Positions 32,556-42,969 of a stretch of 64,000 bases of DNA are shown here, piece by piece (position 1 is the first letter of the stretch; each line of letters opens with the position of its first letter). The position numbers and the translations under genes were made by a program. A model generated the notes under the pieces. That model saw only the letters and a list, made by a program, of their open reading frames with translations, did no database searches and was not told where the DNA came from. The stretch comes from Candidatus Moraniibacteriota bacterium. GTDB lineage: Bacteria; Patescibacteriota; Minisyncoccia; Moranbacterales; GCA-2747515. Location of the stretch: NCBI GenBank assembly GCA_046116545.1, contig CP175956.1, positions 160,276 through 224,275 of the forward strand, in the 5' to 3' direction.

Positions 32556-33776
32556 CTATTTATTTAACGAATTAATCATTTCAACAATATCTTTATCATG
32601 TATCATATTTTTATATGGACCATCTTTGCCTTTTTGTAAGGCAATAACTATCATTGCCATTGTAGTTTCATTCATGCCTTCCATGGCCTTTAATAGATGT
32701 TCTTTTGATTTTTCTGTCTGTCCATTCAATGCCTGTGATATTGATAAATAATAATTTAATCGTGAACGAATTATGATTCGTTGTTGCGGCATCAAAGTAA
32801 TATCTCCTTCTATTAATTCAATGGCTTTGTCAAAGGTTTTAATAGCATTATCAAATTCATTTATTTCCAAATACGCAAATCCCAACCATTCAACTGGAAA
32901 AACTTGTTTTGGATAATTTTTTGAAATTTTTATTAAATTAATAATTGCATCCTCCTTATCATTTGTAAATAAAATTTTATTTTTCTCTAACTCGACCTGA
33001 GATAGCATAAATGATGGATCTATTTTTAGAGCTTTCTCAAAACTGATTTTGGACTTATCTATATCTTGGTTTTCGAAATCAATAACGCCTAATGAATGAT
33101 AATCTCCAGCAACAGCACTGATATTATCCACAGGTAGCTTAATTATTTTTTCTAAGATTTTACGAGCATTAGCCATCCTGTCTGTATTCATATAAATCCT
33201 CGCCAGATTACGCATTACTGTTCTGTTGCTATCATCAATTTCATATGCTTTGTCATAAAACTCTTCCGCCACGTCTGTCTGTCCTTTCAAATCAAAAGTA
33301 TGCCCAATCCAATTATACGTATCTGCTGTTTCCTCAAAAGTTAGCGCTGTATTGTAATTCAGAAGAGCATCTTCAAACATATTCTGAATTTCATAAGAAT
33401 ATCCCATAAGTCTATAAGCTTTTGCATTTTCAGGATCTTTCTCCAACACAACGAGAAGAATTTCTTGAGCTTTCACAGCATTCTCTTCTTCTTCAAATTT
33501 ATGAGAGCCTTTAACCAATAAAACCTCTGCTTTTGCAAGTAATAAATCTATATTATCTGCATCATCTTCTAAAAGGTCTTTAATCTTCACAATAGCCTCA
33601 TCAAATTTATTATTTTTCAAATCATGTGAAATACTGTCATTTATTACAATATTACCCGTTCCTTGATTATTAAGATTTTTTTCTTTTGATTTATTCACAA
33701 AAGAAAAACCTACAATAATGCCAAATAATATGATTGCTATTCCTGAAATTATAATTGCCTTCTTTTTATCTTCCAT
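32556..33776 (-). CDS. Membrane-anchored TPR protein
   Basis: N-terminal TM helix, repeated AY..LG..Y / A...Y.KA...DP patterns. Confidence 0.85.
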   Translation of the reverse strand: MEDKKKAIIISGIAIILFGIIVGFSFVNKSKEKNLNNQGTGNIVINDSISHDLKNNKFDEAIVKIKDLLEDDADNIDLLLAKAEVLLVKGSHKFEEEENAVKAQEILLVVLEKDPENAKAYRLMGYSYEIQNMFEDALLNYNTALTFEETADTYNWIGHTFDLKGQTDVAEEFYDKAYEIDDSNRTVMRNLARIYMNTDRMANARKILEKIIKLPVDNISAVAGDYHSLGVIDFENQDIDKSKISFEKALKIDPSFMLSQVELEKNKILFTNDKEDAIINLIKISKNYPKQVFPVEWLGFAYLEINEFDNAIKTFDKAIELIEGDITLMPQQRIIIRSRLNYYLSISQALNGQTEKSKEHLLKAMEGMNETTMAMIVIALQKGKDGPYKNMIHDKDIVEMINSLNK

Positions 33777-33899
33777 ATTTTTATTAATTATTTATTTTAT
33801 CTTTTTATTATATCACAACGCAAAAAAAACAAAAACCTATCACAAAAATTATGATAGGTTTTGCTGAAATTATTCTTATATAATTTCAAATAAAATTCT

Positions 33900-34223
33900 C
33901 TAGATTTCGATATCTCCGACAACTTCATCCAAAGTTTTCTGTTCGCTTTCTTCCTTTTTTGGAGCTGGGCGTTCAGAACCTTCTGGTTCGTTAATTTTTA
34001 GGTTTACTCGTGCATTGTTGCGTGCTCCTACAACTCTCAAAAGAGTTCGAAGTGCTTTTGCAGTAGAACCTTCGCGACCGATAACCATACCCATATCATC
34101 TTGATTTACATCAAGAGTTATAAGTACACCCATTTCGTCAACTTTACGATTAACTTTTACATCATCAGGATTGTCAACAAGCATTTTTACTACTTCTTCA
34201 ACAAATTGTGCATCACGTTCCAT
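33900..34223 (-). CDS. khpA: KH-domain RNA-binding protein KhpA
   Basis: LVDNPDDV, DMGMVIGREGSTAKALRTLL. Confidence 0.9.
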   Translation of the reverse strand: MERDAQFVEEVVKMLVDNPDDVKVNRKVDEMGVLITLDVNQDDMGMVIGREGSTAKALRTLLRVVGARNNARVNLKINEPEGSERPAPKKEESEQKTLDEVVGDIEI

Positions 34224-34367
34224 AATGTATGACTGCTTAACTGATTTAATACGGACAGTTTGACTATCTTGGCGCTTACGACCTCGTCTTTTTAACGCTC
34301 ATTTTGTGATTGTCATTCCTCCTAATATAACTATACAATATTTCAAAATACTCTGCAACTACTATAA

Positions 34368-34748
34368 TTACATCTCCAATTTCCAAAGTCCATGCAAATT
34401 ACAGTATGCATATATTTTAACTTTTTCTACAGTACTTTCAAACATTGCTTCTGGACTATCACCTGGTACTAAAAATACTGTTTTACTCTTATTATCTGTC
34501 ACAAGTGTTATCCATTCTATATAATGTTCCTCACTCATTGGATGCAATACTGCACCTATTTGAACATGAATACCTTCTTCTGTACGATTTACAAACGGTA
34601 CATGCTTTTCTATAGATGCATCCTCTACACCAGCCTCAACTAACACCATAGATTTGCTACAACAAGATAATTCACCACCCGCTGCATGATTAACTGAAAC
34701 AATATTTCCGCATACATTGCATTTATACAATTGATTTCTTTTTGTCAT
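34368..34748 (-). CDS. Desulfoferrodoxin (superoxide reductase)
   Basis: YKCNVCGNIV, CC, EKHVP, HPM..EHYIEWI, YCNLHGLW. Confidence 0.95.
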   Translation of the reverse strand: MTKRNQLYKCNVCGNIVSVNHAAGGELSCCSKSMVLVEAGVEDASIEKHVPFVNRTEEGIHVQIGAVLHPMSEEHYIEWITLVTDNKSKTVFLVPGDSPEAMFESTVEKVKIYAYCNLHGLWKLEM

Positions 34749-34797
34749 AATTATACTAATAATTAATTAATTTTAATGACCCTATTAAATAGGTCAT

Positions 34798-35331
34798 TTA
34801 TTTTGAAAGTTTAATATATAAATCTCTCATAAGCTTAGCATCATCTAGTGCGTTGTGTACACGATAATCATCTAAATTAATATCAAACTGTGCATAGAAA
34901 TTCTTTTTTTCATCTCCTATTTCACGAGCAGGCGTTAACCCAATTGCAAAAAGCATTGATGCAAAATCTATTGGTATTCTATGTATTGGTTCCTTTTCTC
35001 CTGCAAATAATTTATGCCAAAAAGCCATGTCATACTGATTTACAGTTGCAACAAGATGTGGTTCACTATTTCCACAAAATTCTCTAATTTTTTGTCTTGC
35101 TTCTTCACGGGATATTTTTTTTCCATTTAAATATGGTACAACATTTTCAATAACCCAATCATTAACATGATTTTTATCATATTCCAATTCAAAATACATT
35201 TCACGACTTCCATCAAGTGAAACCATTCCAATGGCCATCAAATTATCATTAGCAATATCATGACCTGTAAATTCAGCATCAAAAAATACCACATCATCTG
35301 AAAACGGTTGTAAGAACTTTTCATTTTCCAT
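34798..35331 (-). CDS. DEDDh 3'-5' exonuclease family protein
   Basis: FFDAEFTG, YD, HNALDDA motifs. Confidence 0.82.
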   Translation of the reverse strand: MENEKFLQPFSDDVVFFDAEFTGHDIANDNLMAIGMVSLDGSREMYFELEYDKNHVNDWVIENVVPYLNGKKISREEARQKIREFCGNSEPHLVATVNQYDMAFWHKLFAGEKEPIHRIPIDFASMLFAIGLTPAREIGDEKKNFYAQFDINLDDYRVHNALDDAKLMRDLYIKLSK

Positions 35332-35380
35332 TATATGAAATATTTTTAACCAATTACAATGTCAGTATAACACAAAGACT

Positions 35381-35704
35381 CTACAAAATCTCAAATTTTA
35401 TAATTTTCACTGGACTATTTTTATCAACTTTACAATTATAGTATTTTTCGAAAGTCTGATACATTTCCTCATCTGAATCATATCTCTCATGTCCCTCCCA
35501 GTCATTTTCAGTCAAATCACAAAATTTAACTTCATTTGTTTCTAATATTTTTATACGAGCAAATTCTTGACCATCTTCCCAAATAACAAAAACTACTTCA
35601 TCATCTACTGAAAGATTTTTATTATCAAAAAGTCTCCACGTAGTTGTTTTTTTATTAACTAAGATTAATTCACTTAATTTTTGACGAAATTTTAAAGTTT
35701 TCAT
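35381..35704 (-). CDS. ASCH/PUA-like domain protein
   Basis: LKF..IL..KKTTTWRL..L.V.D ASCH signature. Confidence 0.75.
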   Translation of the reverse strand: MKTLKFRQKLSELILVNKKTTTWRLFDNKNLSVDDEVVFVIWEDGQEFARIKILETNEVKFCDLTENDWEGHERYDSDEEMYQTFEKYYNCKVDKNSPVKIIKFEIL

Positions 35705-35705
35705 A

Positions 35706-36911
35706 TTATCTAACACTATGTTTCTCTCTTGTCCTTATCCAATCCTTTGATTCACTTATGCCTAAGTTTGGCTTATTAATAAGTTCATTTAAAATATGCC
35801 ATCTTCTTTTTTTCTCACTCCACTCGATTGTATCTGGCATTTCTTTTGATGCTACTGTACCAGGTCTTTCAGAGTAACAGCCTATGAAAGCCCTAACAAA
35901 GCCAACTTTTTTTAATAATTCTATACTTGCCTGAAAATCTTCTTCTGTCTCTCCAGGAAATCCAACTATTATATCTGTTACAAAATCGACACCTTCAACC
36001 TTATTTTTAATTTTATCTATTAATTTCAAAAAACTATCTGATGTATACCAACGATTCATCTTTTTAATAATCTTATCACTTCCTGATTGAACTGGTAGAT
36101 GAAGTAATCTATCAATATTTTTATTCTCTGCTATTACATCTATAAGTTCATCTGAAAAATCCCACGGATTTGAACTAGTAAATGTAACAGTTTTCACACC
36201 TTTTACCTTAGAAACTTCATCTAATAGATATGGAAATAATGTTGGTATACGAGTTCTTCCTAAATGATTTACCATGATAGGCTCCACCGTCTCACCACCG
36301 GGAAGTTCATAAAAGTTCTGTTCACTATCTTTTTTTGCCAAAACTAAGTCAGAGCCATATGAGTTAACATTTTGCCCAAGCAAAGTAATTGAATTAAAGC
36401 CATCTTTAACCAACTGATTAACTTCCTGCATAACATCGGCATATGGTCTTGAAATTTCTTTTCCTCTAGCAAAAGGCACTATACAAAATGCACAATGATT
36501 ATTACAACCATTCGAAATTACAACCCATGCATGTTTTTTATCTACTCTTTCTGGTATATATTCGAAACCGACTTCTTCTATTGGCATAAGTTCCACATCT
36601 GGAATTCTTTTTTCTAGTTTCTTTTTCATTTTACCACTTGGCTCACGAGCAGCAGCTCCCACAATACATCCAGTCAATATAATTTTCTGTTCTTTACCAT
36701 CCTTTTCAGCTTTCTTTTGTAAGTTTCTTATATATCCATATACACGCTCTTCTGCTTTGTCACGTATCATGCAAGTATTTATCACAATTAAGTCAGTCTC
36801 ATCTTCAGAATCAACCTGATTAAATCCTCGTGATTTATAATATCCAACTAATCGTTCAGAATCAGCAACATTTTGTTGACAGCCAAACGTTTTGACAAAA
36901 AAATTCTTCAT
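35706..36911 (-). CDS. miaB: MiaB-family radical SAM methylthiotransferase
   Basis: TFGCQQN..DSE, NTCMIR, CNNHCAFC, LPVQSGSD, IIVGFPGET; appears to lack a TRAM domain. Confidence 0.85.
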   Translation of the reverse strand: MKNFFVKTFGCQQNVADSERLVGYYKSRGFNQVDSEDETDLIVINTCMIRDKAEERVYGYIRNLQKKAEKDGKEQKIILTGCIVGAAAREPSGKMKKKLEKRIPDVELMPIEEVGFEYIPERVDKKHAWVVISNGCNNHCAFCIVPFARGKEISRPYADVMQEVNQLVKDGFNSITLLGQNVNSYGSDLVLAKKDSEQNFYELPGGETVEPIMVNHLGRTRIPTLFPYLLDEVSKVKGVKTVTFTSSNPWDFSDELIDVIAENKNIDRLLHLPVQSGSDKIIKKMNRWYTSDSFLKLIDKIKNKVEGVDFVTDIIVGFPGETEEDFQASIELLKKVGFVRAFIGCYSERPGTVASKEMPDTIEWSEKKRRWHILNELINKPNLGISESKDWIRTREKHSVR

Positions 36912-37097
36912 AAATTTACTCTTTCTAAAACTGTTTATTACATGTTTATCCTTGACACTATACAATATATAGTGTAAAAAAGAAAGGTTATGAAATAAAA
37001 TAATTTATTATTCGTATTACTAAGTAGAAATTGTTTGTCAAATTATATTTTATACTATATACTATATGTATAAAATAAAAACAAATAAATAAAAATT

Positions 37098-38087
37098 ATG
37101 GCTGAAGCAAAAATCTTGTCAGATGATGACAAGGACCTAAAAATACAATCTCTGCGTGACATGATCACGACAGCAGAACAAACAATGCAAAGCGCAAAGG
37201 CTATGCTACTTCAACTTGAAGGAAAGAAAAAAGTTGGAAGGAGAAAGAAAGTTGAAGATGAAGGTGACGGAAATGTTGTACAAGGTACATTTGACGGTCA
37301 AATAATGATAGGGACTGATGGAAAACAATATCCAATCCCTGCAAATTATGCCTCTAAGTCAAAACTTGTAGAGGGAGATTTTTTGAAGTTGACTATTGTT
37401 GGAAATGGTCAATTTATTTATAAACAAATTGGTCCCGTACCTAGGCAAAATAAAATTGGTATCGTAGGACAAGATGCTAGTGGTAATTATTTTGTGGCAG
37501 TTGATGGAAAGCCTTACAAAGTTCTACTTGCTTCAATTACTTATTTTGATGTTCAACCTGGAGATCAAGTTGCAATTGTAACTTCTCCAGATGAAAATGC
37601 TCAATGGGCTTCAATTGAGGCTTTATTGCAACACAGTGATAACCAAGCTACTCCTGCAATTGAGTCACTTAATTATACACAACCTACACCTGATGAAGGA
37701 CCAAAAACTGCAAATGCTATATTAACTGGTAGTACTGAAACTACATCAGAGATGTTAGATGAAAAAGAATTATCAAATGCCACTGATTTAACAGATGATA
37801 CCGATTCAATAAATGAAAATGAGAATCTCATAACTATTGAGAATGATTCAGCTGAAGACACACCATCTGCAATAACGTTTATTGATGATAAAGGTAGCGA
37901 TATAATAGATGAAACAAATGATGATATAGCAGATGTATCAACTACTGAAGAACTTTCAACTGAGGAACCGACTAGTGAAGAACCTCCAACTGAGGAGCCA
38001 ACTAGTGATGATATTGTTGATGAATGGGTTCCTAATATTGATGCAATTGAAAAAGAAATTCGTGCAGAAATGCAAAAAACTGATTAA
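37098..38087 (+). CDS. Hypothetical protein with acidic low-complexity C-terminus
   Basis: 329 aa ORF; globular N-half (GTFDGQ..YPIPANYASKSKLVEGD), acidic tail with EEPT repeats. Confidence 0.8.
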   Translation: MAEAKILSDDDKDLKIQSLRDMITTAEQTMQSAKAMLLQLEGKKKVGRRKKVEDEGDGNVVQGTFDGQIMIGTDGKQYPIPANYASKSKLVEGDFLKLTIVGNGQFIYKQIGPVPRQNKIGIVGQDASGNYFVAVDGKPYKVLLASITYFDVQPGDQVAIVTSPDENAQWASIEALLQHSDNQATPAIESLNYTQPTPDEGPKTANAILTGSTETTSEMLDEKELSNATDLTDDTDSINENENLITIENDSAEDTPSAITFIDDKGSDIIDETNDDIADVSTTEELSTEEPTSEEPPTEEPTSDDIVDEWVPNIDAIEKEIRAEMQKTD

Positions 38088-38104
38088 AAGTTTAACCATA
38101 TATT

Positions 38105-38737
38105 ATGACAGAAACTACAGAGCGATTGAATGTAAATCGTAAGGATTTTTATTTAGTATCATTTATAGGAGCATCTTTTGCACTTTTCGCAGTGCCCATA
38201 ATAATAAATTTGAATATATCTTTTATACCTATAAATATTTTCAATGTGTTATTGTTAGTTTTTTTCTTTACAATATTTGCAAATTTAGCGCTGGGCCTAG
38301 CGTATCTAATAGGTCAAAAAATTCCAATTGTATTTCAGCTTGCTAAATTTGGTGCCGTTGGCGCGTTTAATACTTTTTTAGATTGGGGTGTACTAAATTT
38401 GTTAATAGCAATGACAGGAATAGCTACTGGACTTGGATTCTCACTATTTAAAGGTATATCTTTTGCGATAGCTGCTGCAGGCGCATTTTTTTGGAATAAA
38501 TACTGGACATTTAATTCTAAAAAGAAATCAGATAAAGAAGAGGTTGGTAGATTTATCTTAATTAGTGCAAGTGGTTTCTTAATAAATGTAGGACTTGCTT
38601 CACTTATAATGTATCTATTCAAAAACTCAACACCCTTGACAATAGAACAACTAGCAAACATCTCCGCAGCAACTGCGACACTAGCATCACTCGTTTGGAA
38701 CTTTATTGGATACAAATTATTCGTCTTCAAAAAATAA
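38105..38737 (+). CDS. GtrA family membrane protein
   Basis: KFGAVGAFNTFLD, FFWNKYWTF, WNFIGYKLFVF. Confidence 0.88.
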   Translation: MTETTERLNVNRKDFYLVSFIGASFALFAVPIIINLNISFIPINIFNVLLLVFFFTIFANLALGLAYLIGQKIPIVFQLAKFGAVGAFNTFLDWGVLNLLIAMTGIATGLGFSLFKGISFAIAAAGAFFWNKYWTFNSKKKSDKEEVGRFILISASGFLINVGLASLIMYLFKNSTPLTIEQLANISAATATLASLVWNFIGYKLFVFKK

Positions 38738-38794
38738 TTCATACAAAAATAAAAAGCCTGAAATTTTTCAAGCTTTTTTTATTTTTAAATATAA

Positions 38795-39388
38795 TCAAGT
38801 TAATAAATTAACTATCTCATTTTCATATTTTTGAGATCTACTATTACTTAACCATACCTTTGCAAATTTTTTATCTTTTAACAAAAAATTATATTCCCAT
38901 TGTTTCATGATAGATGGACTATACGCTGAATACATTCCAAAATAACTATTATCTCTTTGCAAAAAATCATAACCATTTTTCACTTGCAGAAAAACAATAG
39001 TTTTTTCATCAACACTATCAATATTTGCGACATAACACTTAACAGGTACTCTAGTATTATCATCTTGCTTCACCATACAAATAATATCTTCTCCTCTTAA
39101 AAACCAATCTTCTGTTCTCATAAAAGAAATAATTGGCTTACAATGTGCACTTTCAAATACTTGTTTAATTCTTTGTATATCTTTACACATAGTTACTTGA
39201 TTTTGCAATGCTGTAAGCATTTCCCTTATAGTCATCAATCGCTCTTTAGCAATTAAAAAATTATCAAGATCTCTTGATTTATGTCTATACAAATCCAAAA
39301 AAAACAATATTGTATTTGTGCCTAAGTATTGCATATTATCAATACAACATGTAGCAGTTAGAAATGTTGCTATATTTTTTCCAATCAT
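38795..39388 (-). CDS. Hypothetical protein (orphan)
   Basis: GAGGTG SD before ATG 39388. Confidence 0.6.
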   Translation of the reverse strand: MIGKNIATFLTATCCIDNMQYLGTNTILFFLDLYRHKSRDLDNFLIAKERLMTIREMLTALQNQVTMCKDIQRIKQVFESAHCKPIISFMRTEDWFLRGEDIICMVKQDDNTRVPVKCYVANIDSVDEKTIVFLQVKNGYDFLQRDNSYFGMYSAYSPSIMKQWEYNFLLKDKKFAKVWLSNSRSQKYENEIVNLLT

Positions 39389-39500
39389 GTGACACCTCTC
39401 TACATTTATAAAGAACATTTTAACATTGATTGTGATTTATTCAATGTTGCATTATAATCATATTATAGACTACTTATATATTTACATAACATTACTATTT

Positions 39501-41087
39501 ATGTCAAAAACTCTATACAGAACCTACAGGCCTCAGAAATTTAGTGATGTACTTGGTCAGGATCATATAGTTACAACGCTACAAAATGCCATAACTCAAA
39601 ATCGCATAGGACATGCATATTTATTTACTGGTCCACGTGGCACAGGGAAAACCACTGTTGCTCGTATTTTTGCTACAGCAGTTAACACAATGGAACGGAG
39701 TGATTTTGAACCAGTTTCTTCAGAAGTTACTGAGAGACTGCAGAGCGGAAAATCGATGGACATTATTGAAATTGATGCTGCATCTAATACTGGTGTTGAT
39801 GATATACGTGCACTCAAAGAAACAGTTGGGATGTCTCCTACCGAATCAAAATATAAGGTATACATAATAGATGAAGTTCACATGCTTTCAACAAACGCTT
39901 TCAACGCTCTTCTGAAAACTCTTGAAGAACCTCCTGAGCATGTAATTTTCATATTAGCTACTACAGAAATTCACAAAGTACCTGAAACAATTCTATCCAG
40001 ATGTCAAAGATTTGATTTCTCAAGATTTAGCGTAGAAAATATAACAAAAAAATTAAGTTCAATAGCTAAAAGTGAAGATGTTAAAATAGATTCTGAAGCA
40101 CTTGAATTAATAGCCATATCAGCTCAAGGAGGTATGCGTGATGCAGAAAGCTTACTAGCTCAAATATTTGCATCAACTGATACTGATATAACAGCAGAAA
40201 CTGTATCCAAAGCACTTGGTACAACAACACCAGAAGATATTTTCAATCTACTACAATCATTTGTAACAGCTAATACTGAAGGAGCTATTGTAACAATAAA
40301 TGACGTTGTTTCTGGTGGTTATAATATGGATGCTTTTATAAAAAATGTAATCGAAAAATTACGTATTTTATTATTACTTACACTGAATAATGATGATACT
40401 GATTTACAAAAACTAATTACACTTCCAAAATCAGAGTTAGATGCATTGACCAAAATATCAAATTCAACTACTGCCAAAGCTGTTATCTATATGCTAGAAG
40501 AATGCGTAACAGCTCTACAAAAAACAAAAATGACTACAATAATACAATTGCCAATGGAAGTTGCCTCTGTGAATATTTGTAGCCAATCAAGTGCTGTACC
40601 TGAGAAAATCATAACATCACCCAAGCAACCAATAACAAAAAAAGAAAAACTATCCAAAATACATCCTGAATCAGAAAAAACTCAGGTAGAAAAGACACAA
40701 ACAATACACAAAGACTCAATGGAACAATCTAAGAAAGTACCTGTAACCGCAATTCCCCAACCATCCTTGTCTGAGGAAGACTCTAAATTATTCAATGAAT
40801 GCTTGATATTAATAGAAAAAGAAAATAAATCAATTTCAAACATGTTGCAACAATGTGATATTGAAGAATTAACAAATTCTTCGATTACTTTTACTACCAC
40901 ATTTTCTTTCTATGAAGAAAAACTAATGGATGGTGAAATACGGACAATGATTGAACAAATATTGACAGAAAATTTTAATAAGAAACTATCCATCAAAGTT
41001 ATTACAAAAAGTGAAAAAGAAAAAGCAAACTCTTCTGAATTATTAAATTATGCCTCTCAACTTATGGGTGGAACTGTTACTGAATAA
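39501..41087 (+). CDS. dnaX: DNA polymerase III subunit gamma/tau
   Basis: LYRTYRP, GPRGTGKTT, IDEVHML, NALLKTLEEPP, SRC. Confidence 0.97.
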   Translation: MSKTLYRTYRPQKFSDVLGQDHIVTTLQNAITQNRIGHAYLFTGPRGTGKTTVARIFATAVNTMERSDFEPVSSEVTERLQSGKSMDIIEIDAASNTGVDDIRALKETVGMSPTESKYKVYIIDEVHMLSTNAFNALLKTLEEPPEHVIFILATTEIHKVPETILSRCQRFDFSRFSVENITKKLSSIAKSEDVKIDSEALELIAISAQGGMRDAESLLAQIFASTDTDITAETVSKALGTTTPEDIFNLLQSFVTANTEGAIVTINDVVSGGYNMDAFIKNVIEKLRILLLLTLNNDDTDLQKLITLPKSELDALTKISNSTTAKAVIYMLEECVTALQKTKMTTIIQLPMEVASVNICSQSSAVPEKIITSPKQPITKKEKLSKIHPESEKTQVEKTQTIHKDSMEQSKKVPVTAIPQPSLSEEDSKLFNECLILIEKENKSISNMLQQCDIEELTNSSITFTTTFSFYEEKLMDGEIRTMIEQILTENFNKKLSIKVITKSEKEKANSSELLNYASQLMGGTVTE

Positions 41088-41179
41088 AAGATTGCATAAT
41101 AGTGGATGGACATGTCTGTCCACTATACTTGAAAAAAAATTAAAACTAGTATATTATAAGAATTACGTGCTACCAATGC

Positions 41180-41251
41180 TGCCCGGTAGCCAAGCGGTAA
41201 GGCAACGGGTTTTGATCCCGTTATGCGTAGGTTCGATCCCTACCCGGGCAA
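41180..41251 (+). tRNA. tRNA-Gln (TTG)
   Basis: Acceptor tgcccgg/ccgggca, anticodon arm acggg-ttTTGat-cccgt, GTTCGA T-loop. Confidence 0.95.
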
Positions 41252-41257
41252 CAAATT

Positions 41258-41292
41258 AAAAATGACTTAGATATTTATCTAAGTCGTTTTTT
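41258..41292. terminator. Terminator after tRNA-Gln
   Basis: aaaatgacttagat-attt-atctaagtcgttttt. Confidence 0.75.
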
Positions 41293-41592
41293 GTTATTAT
41301 TTTACAATTACTTTTCGTAGTAACATTCCGAATATTACTGATAAAAATGTAAATACTGGAATTGCAATAAATATAGTTTCTCTTAGTAATTTCACTTCAT
41401 TTTGAACTCTTGGAAAATTTACTATAAAAATAACCACATTACCCATTTGCAAGCAGATTTGGCAATTCCATAATTCCCCCTCTTTTGTATTTTATTGTAA
41501 AAGCTTAACAAATGTATATTTATACATATCAAAAAATATTATAACTATTGCATAACATTGTTAATGGCTATACCATTATAACGTAAGAAATT

Positions 41593-42444
41593 ATGAAAAA
41601 AATTATGAAAAAATATTGTTATATTAATGGAAGAATTATAGAAGAAAAAAATGCTTGTATAAGTCCCCATGATCTAGGAGTACTGCGAGGCTATGGTGTA
41701 TTTGATTTTATGTGTACAGCTACTGAAAATAAACCCTTCCTGTTAACTGATCACTGGAATAGACTTGGTAGAAGTGCAAAATCATTAGGACTATTACTCC
41801 CTATTTCAAAAACTGAATATGAAAAAATAATAAATAAATTACTTACAAAAAACGGTTACAAAAATTCTGCAATTCGTACAGTTCTTACTGCTGGTGTCAG
41901 CAATAACGGTATCACGCTTCCCCAAAAACCAACTTTTTATATACTGATTCATAATATAACTAAAATGCTTCCTGAAAAAAAACTATATGAAAATGGTGCA
42001 AAAATAATAACACATGATTTTGCAAGAGATAATTATGCAAGTAAAACAACAAACTACATCGAAGCAATAAAAAATCAAAAAGAAAAAAATCGCCGTGGCG
42101 CAATAGAAATATTATATATAGATAAAAGTAATGTACTTGAATGTACAACTAGTAATATTTTTATTATCAAAAATAATAAACTGATGACACCATCTGAAGG
42201 TATTTTACCCGGAATAACTCGTAAATTAATATTAAAACTTGCTGAGAAAAATAAAATCAATGTTATCAAAGAGAAAATAACTAAAAAACAATTACTGAAT
42301 GCTGATGAAATCTTTTTAACAGGATCGGCTAAACACATTTTACCAATCACAAAAATAGACTCTCAAAAGATTGGTAATGGAAATGTCGGTAAATTAACGA
42401 AAGAAATTTCAACTCTATATTCTGATTATTTCAATAACTATTAA
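41593..42444 (+). CDS. Class IV PLP aminotransferase (D-amino acid/BCAT/PabC-like)
   Basis: RGYGVFD, KTTNY, ECTTSNIF, ILPGITR, ADEIFLTGS. Confidence 0.9.
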   Translation: MKKIMKKYCYINGRIIEEKNACISPHDLGVLRGYGVFDFMCTATENKPFLLTDHWNRLGRSAKSLGLLLPISKTEYEKIINKLLTKNGYKNSAIRTVLTAGVSNNGITLPQKPTFYILIHNITKMLPEKKLYENGAKIITHDFARDNYASKTTNYIEAIKNQKEKNRRGAIEILYIDKSNVLECTTSNIFIIKNNKLMTPSEGILPGITRKLILKLAEKNKINVIKEKITKKQLLNADEIFLTGSAKHILPITKIDSQKIGNGNVGKLTKEISTLYSDYFNNY

Positions 42445-42454
42445 ATACGCTAAT

Positions 42455-42952
42455 ATGAAAATAGGCATTATATCAGATATACATGATCAAATAGAAAATT
42501 TGAATTGGGCAATGAATGAATTAAAGGTTAAAGATATTTCACACATTTTTGCGTTAGGCGATTATTCATCGGCATATACAGTTGAAAGACTACAAGTAAA
42601 TAATATTCCTGTACATGCAGTATGGGGAAATTGTGATGGAGACAAGCAATCTATGCTACAAGCCTCAACTAATGAAAATAAAAATATATCTTTTGCAAAT
42701 GGTGAATTCGATACAGTTGAAATAGCAAATAAAAAATATTTTATAACTCACTTCCCAGATTTAGCTGAACATGCTGCCACAACATTAGAATATGATGCTG
42801 TATTTCATGGACATACTCATCACAAACGAAATGAAAAAATAGGCAATACACCCATAATAAATCCTGGAAAATTAGCAATATATCCGCATAATGAAATATC
42901 AATTGCAGTTTTTGACACAGAAGAACTTACCACTGAGTTTATTGTAAAATAA
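42455..42952 (+). CDS. YfcE/MJ0936 family metallophosphoesterase
   Basis: ISDIHD, GD, GNCD, GHTH, INPG. Confidence 0.9.
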   Translation: MKIGIISDIHDQIENLNWAMNELKVKDISHIFALGDYSSAYTVERLQVNNIPVHAVWGNCDGDKQSMLQASTNENKNISFANGEFDTVEIANKKYFITHFPDLAEHAATTLEYDAVFHGHTHHKRNEKIGNTPIINPGKLAIYPHNEISIAVFDTEELTTEFIVK

Positions 42953-42969
42953 TATCACAACAGAGTACT

